A stretch of DNA of 63,844 nucleotides, filler included, from an uncultured bacterium (lineage in GTDB: Bacteria; Latescibacterota; UBA2968): the NCBI GenBank assembly GCA_964471275.1. It is 8 parts of 8 records of this genome, joined end to end, with 100 filler letters (N's around TTAATTAATTAA, not from the genome) between each part and the next. Parts side by side here need not be neighbours in the genome. Positions count along the whole stretch, not along the records: positions 49,979 to 58,106 come from CAYYGZ010000216.1; positions 58,207 to 63,844 come from CAYYGZ010000271.1; 6 more parts are not named here. One strand, written 5' to 3'. Below, piece after piece: positions 51,983 through 59,919 of this stretch. The notes under the pieces were generated by a model, which saw only the letters and a program-made list of their open reading frames with translations, was not told the DNA's origin and ran no database searches. Made by a program: the position numbers and the translations under genes. Numbering within the stretch: position 1 is the stretch's first letter; every line of letters begins with the position of its first letter.

Positions 51983-53353
51983 TCAAACGACACTCCCGAT
52001 CAACGTCTTCTGTGTGCAATCATCGATCCGCACGGAGGTTAGCGCATTGACAGCCGCTTCACCCTCGAACACGACTGTCTTGAAGGTGTCCGTCTTACCG
52101 GAGAGCTGCCCCTCTCTCCTGGCCGGACCTTCAACAAGTACCTCGACTTCGCGGTCCAAATAGGTCCGGTTCATCTCGAGAGAAATCTCGTTCTGCATCT
52201 GGATCAACTCCTGGAGACGGATCCCCTTCTCATCCTCAGAGACTGTATCCGGGATGTCGCGTTCGGCGACGGTGCCTTCGCGCGCCGAGTATTTGAACAT
52301 GAACGCTGAATCGAACTGAATCTTACGCATCAAGTCAAGAGTCTGCCCGAACTCTGAGCGTGTCTCACCGGGGAACCCGACGATAATGTCAGTCGAGAGC
52401 GCCACTCCCGGTATCGCCGTCCTCAACCGACTGACCAGATCCAGGAAGTGACTCGAGGTATAGTTTCGTTTCATCTCCTCCAGTATGCGATCCGACCCCG
52501 ACTGCAGCGGAAGGTGAATGAAGGGGCAGACCTTGTCCTCAGAGGCCATCGTGTCGATCAGCTTCTCGGAAAAGTCGCTCGGATGCGGCGATGTGAACCG
52601 GATCCGTTTGATTCTGTCGATGCGGGCGACGCGTGAGAGCAGATCAGCAAAATCGGTGGACCGGTCACTGTATGAGTTGACGGTCTGGCCGAGCAAAGTG
52701 ATCTCCTGAAATCCTTCCTCCGCTGCGATTTCTGTCTGCCTCACGATCTCGTCTGCCGAGACGCTCCGTTCTCTCCCGCGAACATACGGTACGATACAAA
52801 AACTGCAGAACTTGTCGCAACCCCGCATCACGGTGATCCACGCGTTGACGCCCTCCTTCCGCGCAGGATCCAACCCGACGTATGTCTCAGTGCGTCCAAG
52901 CTTGACATCCAGCGCGGGCTCTCCACGCGCTTCCTGAACCATTTGGGGCAGATCGCGGTATGAGTCCGGCCCCAGAACCAGGTCAACATACGGGACGCGG
53001 TCCAACAGCATCTCGGATAGATGCTTAGCCATACACCCGCACACCCCCAGGATCATGTCGGGATTCGTCATCTTCATCCGGCTGAGCTGTGAGAGTCGGC
53101 CTAGAACGCGATCCTCCGCGTGTTCGCGGATCGCGCACGTGTTCAGGAGCACCACATCGGCGTCTTCGACGCGCGTCGCGGTCCGGTAGCCCGCTGTCTG
53201 CAGCACGCCCAGCATGAGCTCCGAATCGGAGACATTCATCTGGCAGCCATAGGTCTCGACAAAAACGCTGTCCGTACACGCAGAGGAGAGTTCACGCGTC
53301 ACGGGAAGCGGAGCCTCCGGGAGGCTGAGTTCGATCCGTTGCAGTTCATCCAA
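51983..53353 (-). CDS. miaB: tRNA 2-methylthio-N6-isopentenyladenosine synthase MiaB
   Basis: ETYGCQMNVSDSE, NTCAIRE, GCDKFCSFCIVPYVRGRERS, TSPHP, TRAM domain. Confidence 0.96.
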   Translation of the reverse strand: MDELQRIELSLPEAPLPVTRELSSACTDSVFVETYGCQMNVSDSELMLGVLQTAGYRTATRVEDADVVLLNTCAIREHAEDRVLGRLSQLSRMKMTNPDMILGVCGCMAKHLSEMLLDRVPYVDLVLGPDSYRDLPQMVQEARGEPALDVKLGRTETYVGLDPARKEGVNAWITVMRGCDKFCSFCIVPYVRGRERSVSADEIVRQTEIAAEEGFQEITLLGQTVNSYSDRSTDFADLLSRVARIDRIKRIRFTSPHPSDFSEKLIDTMASEDKVCPFIHLPLQSGSDRILEEMKRNYTSSHFLDLVSRLRTAIPGVALSTDIIVGFPGETRSEFGQTLDLMRKIQFDSAFMFKYSAREGTVAERDIPDTVSEDEKGIRLQELIQMQNEISLEMNRTYLDREVEVLVEGPARREGQLSGKTDTFKTVVFEGEAAVNALTSVRIDDCTQKTLIGSVV

Positions 53354-53357
53354 AGTC

Positions 53358-54482
53358 TTAGCAATTCCTCATCGCGTCAGCAATCTCGTCCAGCACCTCG
53401 GTGTCCGTTTCAACGGCCGCCCTTTCCTGGAGCGCATCCCTGGCTTCGTTGCCGCCGATACGCCCGAGTCCCCAGGCCGCGTGACTTCGGATGAGGGCCT
53501 CCTCATCGTGAAGCGCATTGGAAAGCGCCCCTACATCGGATGCAATCCCCACATTCCCGAGCGCCACTGCCGCGTTGCGCAGCAACCCTCTTCGTTTGGT
53601 CCGTTTGACCGGGCTCTTCCGGAAGCGGGTGCTGAATGCGGACGGGTCAAGAGAAAGTAGATCGTGCAGCGCAGGACGCTCGAAGCCCTCACGCGATCTG
53701 AATGCGGGCTCAGACGTCGGACGGGCTTGCTTCTTGTTCCAGGGACAGACATCCTGACAGACATCGCAGCCATAGACCCAGTTGCCCACGGCTTCCCGTA
53801 AGTCCTTGGGAATCGGGCCTTTGAGTTCGATCGTAAGATACGATATACACCGGTTTGAATCCAGCACGTAGGGCTCGAGGATCGCATCTGTCGGGCAGGC
53901 ATCGATGCATTTCGTGCAAGTGCCGCAGTGATCGGTTGCGGGAGGATCTGGCTCCAGCTCGGTCGTTAGGATCAGCTCGCCGATGAAGAACCAGGACCCT
54001 GATCTTATCCCAATCAGATTGGTGTGTTTCCCGAACCACCCCAGGCCCGACCGTGACGCATAGTCGCGCTCGAGCACGGGTCCCGTGTCGACATAGGCCC
54101 TGCCCTCTGTCGCCGGCGACAGCGTCTTGATCTGCTCCAGCAGCTCGAATAATCGTGACTTCATCACGTCGTGATAGTCATCTCCGCGCGCATAGCACGA
54201 AATCCGCCCCACCGGCCCCTTCTGTTCCTCATCAGCAGGCTCGGGCCTGTAGTTCAGTCCCACACAGACGACCGACCGCGCCCCCGGGACAAGTGTCCCG
54301 GGATCCGCTCTCCGATCCAGGTTGCGCGTCAGATAGCCCATCTCGCCAGCAAAACCCATGTCTACCCACGACCGGTAGAAATCCCAGTGTTCGGGTGGAT
54401 CTGCGGTAGTAATACCGACGGGAGCGAAGCCAAGTCTCCGGGCAAGCGAACGGATCTGTTTACTGAGGTCTTTTGGGTTCAC
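53358..54482 (-). CDS. queG: Epoxyqueuosine reductase QueG
   Basis: YARGDDYH, VDTGPVLER, CGTCTKCIDACPT, CISYLTIE, GCDVCQDVCPWN; HEAT tail. Confidence 0.96.
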   Translation of the reverse strand: MNPKDLSKQIRSLARRLGFAPVGITTADPPEHWDFYRSWVDMGFAGEMGYLTRNLDRRADPGTLVPGARSVVCVGLNYRPEPADEEQKGPVGRISCYARGDDYHDVMKSRLFELLEQIKTLSPATEGRAYVDTGPVLERDYASRSGLGWFGKHTNLIGIRSGSWFFIGELILTTELEPDPPATDHCGTCTKCIDACPTDAILEPYVLDSNRCISYLTIELKGPIPKDLREAVGNWVYGCDVCQDVCPWNKKQARPTSEPAFRSREGFERPALHDLLSLDPSAFSTRFRKSPVKRTKRRGLLRNAAVALGNVGIASDVGALSNALHDEEALIRSHAAWGLGRIGGNEARDALQERAAVETDTEVLDEIADAMRNC

Positions 54483-54547
54483 GGGCAAATGAAAGGGCAG
54501 AACACACGCGTTGTGCTCTGCCCTCGGAATCATTGAGAATCAGGACT

Positions 54548-54931
54548 TCAGGGGGTCTCTGGTATCGAGCGACATTGCCTGGTGGCTGACTGAATTGCAT
54601 CGGTGACAAGACGGAATGCGTGCTCCCGCGTCGCCGGAAGACCACCCAGCACATCGGACAATTCATCCTGCGTCAGCACATCATCGTCCAGCTTCCGCCC
54701 GACGAGAAGCTCGGTCGTTACCGAGCTTGCGGCTATGGTTGCCGTGCAGCCGTGCGCCTCGAATAACGTGTCGACGATCACCCCGTCAGGATCCATCCGC
54801 AGATAAAGCTTCAAGGAAGCCCCGGATGCCGGGTTCTCCGAACATCCAACGACGTCAGCATCCTCCATCTCACCCACATTCCGAGGGTGCTCGAAGTGGT
54901 CGAGTGCGATGTCAGAGTAGGCTTCTGCCAC
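54548..54931 (-). CDS. IscU/NifU-N-like scaffold protein with degenerate ligands
   Basis: YSDIALDHFEHPRNVG, GCTATIAASS, LGGLP. Only one canonical Cys ligand is retained. Confidence 0.8.
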   Translation of the reverse strand: MAEAYSDIALDHFEHPRNVGEMEDADVVGCSENPASGASLKLYLRMDPDGVIVDTLFEAHGCTATIAASSVTTELLVGRKLDDDVLTQDELSDVLGGLPATREHAFRLVTDAIQSATRQCRSIPETP

Positions 54932-54934
54932 GGT

Positions 54935-55435
54935 CTAGTAACGTAGGTTGTCGAGCGGGCGGCGGGGAGGCGTCAGTGTGACACGTTCCTCGACAGCAAG
55001 CAGACGTTCCTTATCGAAGATCAGATCGGCTCGGTTTTCTGCAGCCAACTCCGTACGGTCGGTCATCACGATCGCATCCTCCGGACAGGCCTCGACACAC
55101 ATGCCGCAGAAAATGCAACGCAGCAAGTCGATCTCAAACCGATTCGGATACTTCTCTCTGTCCGGCCACGGTGCTTCAGCCGCCTCTATCGTGATACACT
55201 CGGAAGGACAGGCGGTCGCGCACATGTAGCACGACACGCACTTAGGTCTTCCCTGATCGTCCTTTGTTAGCTTGTGGAGACCCCGATATCCTTCCGGCTT
55301 TTCCCATCTTTCTTCGGGATACTGCATAGTTACCTTTTTCCCGAACAGATGCTTGAACGTCAGCGACAACCCCTTTGTTATCGCCGGAAGATACATTCTT
55401 TCGGTCAGCGTCATTTCGTGACCTACTTTTATCAT
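54935..55435 (-). CDS. nuoI: NADH-quinone oxidoreductase subunit I (stand-alone)
   Basis: TMQYPEE, YRGLH, CVSCYMCATACP, RCIFCGMCVEACPEDAI. AGGAG RBS. Confidence 0.9.
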   Translation of the reverse strand: MIKVGHEMTLTERMYLPAITKGLSLTFKHLFGKKVTMQYPEERWEKPEGYRGLHKLTKDDQGRPKCVSCYMCATACPSECITIEAAEAPWPDREKYPNRFEIDLLRCIFCGMCVEACPEDAIVMTDRTELAAENRADLIFDKERLLAVEERVTLTPPRRPLDNLRY

Positions 55436-57083
55436 TTCTACGATCTCCTCTGCGGTTTCTGTTTCGGCCGCGTCGCCGCTTGTTCGGGCGACCCGCCCAT
55501 CCGGTCGCGACGGTCTGCCTGATCACTGTCACCTGGATCTCACCGGGGAATGTCAGATCTTCGCGTACCTTCTGCGCAATCTCAAAAGACAGATTCTTCG
55601 CATCGTCATCCGAAATCCGACCCGCATTAGCCATCACACGGACCTCACGACCCGCATTGATTGCGTAGGCGTCTCTCACACCGTTGAATGACTGTGCGAG
55701 ATCCTCGAGATCCCGTACACGCTGAATATACCCTTCAGCATCATCGCGTCGAGCACCCGGGCGCGAGGAAGAGATCGCATCCGCCGCCTTGACCAGGAAC
55801 GAAATCGGTGAGAGGGGCTCGGCTTCCTCGTGGTGGTAGAGGATCGCATTGATGACCTCCTCGCCCTCGCCATACTTCCGGGCGACATCCACACCGATAC
55901 CGACGTGGCTGCCCTCAATCTCGTGATCGATCGACTTGCCGATATCGTGCAGCAACGCACAGCGCCGGGCCAACTTCTGGTTGAGCCGAAGTTCGGCTGC
56001 CATCGCCCCCGCAAGGAAGGCTACCTCCTTGCAGTGACCGATCATTCCCTGTCCAAAACTCGTCCGATACTTGAGCTTGCCGACTAGCTTGACCAGTTCG
56101 GGATGCATATCATCGATCCCGACGTCCTTGACGGTCCGCTTGCCTTCTTCCTCGATCATGGCCGCGATCTTCTTCTCGCTCTGTGCCACGACTTCTTCCA
56201 CCCGGCCGGGATTGATTCGGCCTTCTTTCACCAGCGCTTCCATCGCCAGACGGGCGATATCCCGCTTGACGGGATCAAAGCTGGAGAGGACAACCGCTTC
56301 CGGGGTGTCGTTCACGATCACCTTGACGCCGGTCGCCGCCTCGAATGAAATGATGTTCCGGCCTTCTTTCCCGACGATCCGCCCCTTGATATCGTCATCG
56401 GGGAGGGGAACGACCGAGATCGTAGACTGCACCGTCTGATCCGTGGAGCACCGCTCGATCGCGCTCGCGATGATGCGCTTGGCCTCGCGATCGGCCTGCT
56501 CCTTCGCCTGATCAACTCGCTCACGCCCGATCTCGGTTGCCGTGCGCTGAAGATCGTTCCGGAGCTTCTCGAGCAGCATTTCCCGAGCGTGCTCCGCGTT
56601 CATCCCGGAGATCCGCTCGAGTGCCGACCGCTGATCGCCCAGGACCGACTCCAGATCTTCGTTCTGCTTGGCCAGTTGGTCGTGCCGCTTCTGAGTGTCA
56701 CGTTCACGGCGGGTAAGACCCTTGTCCCGCTGTCGCAGACTCTCATTCTTGTTGGAAACGTCTACCGCCTGCTCGTCGAGCGCGGCTTCCTGCTCATCGA
56801 GTTCCTTCCGTTTCTTGTCCAGCTCAGATTCGTACTGCGACTTGGATTCATACCACGCGTTCTTCTCCTCGAGAAGCGCTTCTCGCCTGTCACGATCCGC
56901 TTTCTCGACAAGCTTGCCTACGCGCCGGTCATTCTCTTCCTCGAGTTCAGCCGTCTGGCGCGCTTTGACACGCGCGCAGAAAATCCAACCCAGTCCAAAT
57001 AGCAGGATGGCACCCCCCAACCCCACACCGGTGATCGCGTAATCCTGTGCCATCGAAGCTCCCAGCAATGATCCCAGATCCAT
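55242..57083 (-). CDS. rny: Ribonuclease Y with Arg-rich C-terminal extension
   Basis: N-terminal TM and coiled coil; KH domain KGRIVGKEGRNI; HD domain LLHDIGK; ADAISSSRPGAR, AINAGREVRV. Confidence 0.95.
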   Translation of the reverse strand: MDLGSLLGASMAQDYAITGVGLGGAILLFGLGWIFCARVKARQTAELEEENDRRVGKLVEKADRDRREALLEEKNAWYESKSQYESELDKKRKELDEQEAALDEQAVDVSNKNESLRQRDKGLTRRERDTQKRHDQLAKQNEDLESVLGDQRSALERISGMNAEHAREMLLEKLRNDLQRTATEIGRERVDQAKEQADREAKRIIASAIERCSTDQTVQSTISVVPLPDDDIKGRIVGKEGRNIISFEAATGVKVIVNDTPEAVVLSSFDPVKRDIARLAMEALVKEGRINPGRVEEVVAQSEKKIAAMIEEEGKRTVKDVGIDDMHPELVKLVGKLKYRTSFGQGMIGHCKEVAFLAGAMAAELRLNQKLARRCALLHDIGKSIDHEIEGSHVGIGVDVARKYGEGEEVINAILYHHEEAEPLSPISFLVKAADAISSSRPGARRDDAEGYIQRVRDLEDLAQSFNGVRDAYAINAGREVRVMANAGRISDDDAKNLSFEIAQKVREDLTFPGEIQVTVIRQTVATGWAGRPNKRRRGRNRNRRGDRRNDKSRSRNDADRKNVSSGDNKGVVADVQASVREKGNYAVSRRKMGKAGRISGSPQANKGRSGKT

Positions 57084-57253
57084 TGGAGCCTCCGACAGTC
57101 CTCAAATTCAAGATCCAAAACAGATGGTCCGGAAGAGCGTGGCGTAGACGCGGGCACACAGGCGCAGCGCCCTGTCGCCGCTATTGCTACGGCGGCGAAA
57201 AGCCAGAGTATGACATTGTATGTCATGAGACATTCGATCAAACCGGACTCGCG

Positions 57254-57310
57254 AAAAAGATTGTGTGCAGATCGACACCGGCAAGCGAGCCGGGCGATCG
57301 ATCACACAGT
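57254..57310 (-). terminator. Intrinsic terminator after erpA/iscA
   Basis: Minus strand TGTGTG-ATCGA...TCGAT-CTG-CACACA followed by ATCTTTTT. Confidence 0.6.
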
Positions 57311-57315
57311 GCAAG

Positions 57316-57639
57316 CTACATGCTAAAAGACTCCCCGCAACCACACTGGTTCTTGGCGTTGGGGTTGATGATCTTGAAGCCCTGCCCCATCAGACCGTCT
57401 TCGAAATCGAGTTCCGATCCGGCCAGATAGAGCGCACTCTTCATGTCGACAAAGACCCGGACGCCATTGCTCTCGATCACGTCGATATCGCCGTCGGGCT
57501 CTTCCGAGAACTCCAGCTTGTACTGGAGCCCCGAGCATCCCCCGCCGACAACACGCACGCGGAGTCCGCAATCATCGCGCCCCTCGCGTGCCAGCAAATC
57601 TCTGATCTTCGTTGCCGCACCTTCTGTGACGGTCACCAT
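57316..57639 (-). CDS. erpA: A-type Fe-S carrier (ErpA/IscA, HesB family)
   Basis: LRVRVVGGGCSGLQY, NPNAKNQCGCGESF. Confidence 0.92.
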   Translation of the reverse strand: MVTVTEGAATKIRDLLAREGRDDCGLRVRVVGGGCSGLQYKLEFSEEPDGDIDVIESNGVRVFVDMKSALYLAGSELDFEDGLMGQGFKIINPNAKNQCGCGESFSM

Positions 57640-57717
57640 GACCCTCACTCCTTCTGTTCGAGTGTATCCGAATCCCACGCAGTCAGAGAGACAGACGTGT
57701 AATCGGTCTCCTCTTGA

Positions 57718-58106
57718 TCAGCTGGCTGCGTCGAACAGCTCGTTCACCTTGTTCCAGTTGATGACGTTCGCCCACGCGGCGATGTAGTCTGGGCGCCGGT
57801 TCTGATAGTTCAGGTAGTATGCGTGTTCCCAGACGTCCAGACCGATGATCGGTGTGCCGCTACCATCCATCAGGGGGTTGTCCTGATTCGGTGTGCTGAA
57901 GATGTCGACACCGCCATCCTTGACGATCAGCCACGCCCAACCACTGCCAAACCGTGTGGCCGCTGCAATGTTGAATGCCTCGTGGCAAGCGTCACCACTT
58001 CCGAACTTTGCGTTGATCGCTGCCATCAGGTCATCCGAGGGCGACCCCCCACTTCCCTCGGGAGCCATGGTCTGCCAGAACAGCGAATGATTCCAGTGTC
58101 CGCCAC
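57718..58106 (-). CDS. sodA: Superoxide dismutase, Mn-type (5' truncated)
   Basis: [41 protein letters not shown]. Confidence 0.9.
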
Positions 58107-58206
58107 NNNNNNNNNNNNNNNNNNNNNNNNNNNNNNNNNNNNNNNNNNNNTTAATTAATTAANNNNNNNNNNNNNNNNNNNNNNNNNNNNNNNNNNNNNN
58201 NNNNNN

Positions 58207-59466
58207 ACTGCCATCCTCACTGATCCGAGGACGCAGGTTCAGGACAATGCCAGTCTGGATATACTCGACGCCTGACGAAAACCCGGACGTGGTCGAGACT
58301 GACTTGGATACGGGCACCTGCTGCCCAACCTGGATACGGGCCTGACGCCCGTCCAGGACAAGCACGGATGGGCTCGAAAGGATCTCGGCATTGCCGCTCT
58401 CCATCAGCGCCTTCAGGCCAGAACGGAAGAAAAGGATGTCCGAGAACCCATTTCGGCTGAATGTAAAAGTGAACGGCCGATCCTGTCCTGTCGTCGCATC
58501 CTCTTCGAACGACGCATCGTAGTGGCTGTCGATTGCGCGCAGGTTGAGCCCCAGATCCTTCATTTTGTCGGTATTGATCTCGATGACCAATGCCTCGATG
58601 ACGATCTGTTTCGCGGGTTGATCGAGCTTCTGCCGAAGTAGATTCAGCAGATCCTGCATAGGCTCGGGATCATTCCGGTCGTATGCGATCATCAGTCTCT
58701 GTTGGGGCTCGCCCGAGGTCTGCTGGTGCAGGTAGGTTCCGCCCAGATCTGTCGCAGCACCGTATCCCTGCTTCTGCTGCTGGTAGACCCCGGCAGGCGG
58801 GGCATCCATCAAGCTGGACTTGGTGGCATCGATCAGCTTGATGATGGCAGGCAATTTCCATTGGCCTGACATGAATGTGCTGTAGATGCGATCGTTGGGC
58901 GTCTCGCCGGCAGCCATCGTGTATTCAACGGTCGTGTAGCCTATCGTTTTCAGGAAGGCTAGAGCTCGATCTGCCTGCAGATAGCTGAGATAATACAGTT
59001 GGTGGTCCACATCCGGTTGTTGTGTTGCCAGACGCGCATTCTCCTGGCCTACAGTGTATTCCGACCTCGCCTTGTATGACGCCAGGTCGGGGTTCATCAC
59101 GTTGTTCTGGCCCTCGATCCGTTGCCCGTAGACATAGATCTGATAGCTACCCGAAGGGTTCAGTCCGTAGGCGATTTCAATCGTGTGTCTACCGCCCGCC
59201 ACAGGCTTCATCAGGTATCGGTTGCCACGCAGGCCCGGGATTGTGTGAGTCTTCCAGTCTGTGTAGGTGGAATCCGATTCTGCATAGTTGTATGTCAGGA
59301 GGGCGTCCAGCGCGATCGAATTAATGAGTCGCCGAGTGCGAATTTCGGATTTGAAAGGGGAGACCAATGAGAAGCCTTGTTGAGGCTGTTGGGCCAACGC
59401 AGGCTGACTGGTCATCAGGATCGCGGCACAGAAGACTACGCCTGAGATGATCTTTTTACTCGGCAC
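58207..59466 (-). CDS. Secretin (GspD/PilQ-like), 3' truncated
   Basis: Signal peptide; LDQPAKQIVIEALVIEI, ILSSPSVLVLDGRQARIQVGQQVP, TGIVLNLRPRI. Confidence 0.88.
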
Positions 59467-59472
59467 CTTAGT

Positions 59473-59907
59473 CTAAGCTCCTTCTTCGCTGATGGATCCC
59501 TGGTTCATTCCCCTTAACCGTCGGGTCAGCGTGTGAATGATGGTCAGCGCCACGTTGAAGTGCCTCTCGAGGATATCGTAGAATTCGGATTGCCGGATAC
59601 GCAAGAGCAAACAATCCGCGCGAGCCGTCGCTGTCGCCGATCGAGGTTCACCGTCCAGGATGCTCATTTACCCAAAGTAGTCCTGGCTGCCGAGCACAGC
59701 AAGGGATTCGGCAGCCCGGTGGATCTCGATCTGACCTTCGACGATCAGGAACATCTCCTCGCCGTGATCCCCCTCGTGGATGATGGTCTCACCTTCTGGG
59801 TAAACGACCTCCTCAGTAATACCTGCGAGGTGGCCGAGTTCTTCGGGAGGCATGCCCGCAAAGAGCGGGATATTTTTCAGGAACAGGATTTTCTGTACGG
59901 TTATCAC
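59473..59907 (-). pseudogene. cNMP-binding (Crp-like) domain protein interrupted by an in-frame TAA
   Basis: QKILFLKNIPLF..IHEGDHGEEMFLIVEG..DYFG[TAA 59668-59670]MSILDGEPRSATA. Both halves are in the same frame. Confidence 0.85.
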
Positions 59908-59919
59908 GTCACCCGCCTG

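Noticed and set aside
57084..57250. 6S RNA, often found upstream of rny
   Set aside because: No zapA here, the space is short, and I see no long rod with a central bubble.
8276..58206. Seven regularly spaced TTAATTAATTAA motifs about every 8.3 kb
   Set aside because: Artificial all-frame-stop linkers inside N runs. Contigs are size-sorted (8262, 8249, 8225, 8220, 8147, 8128 nt), so the periodicity is not biological.
18010..59670. Repeated in-frame stops as stop-codon recoding (Sec/Pyl/alternative code)
   Set aside because: The stops are a mix of TAA, TAG and TGA at positions expecting different residues (W, Y, E), often alongside frameshifts or deletions. Intact genes terminate with all three codons.
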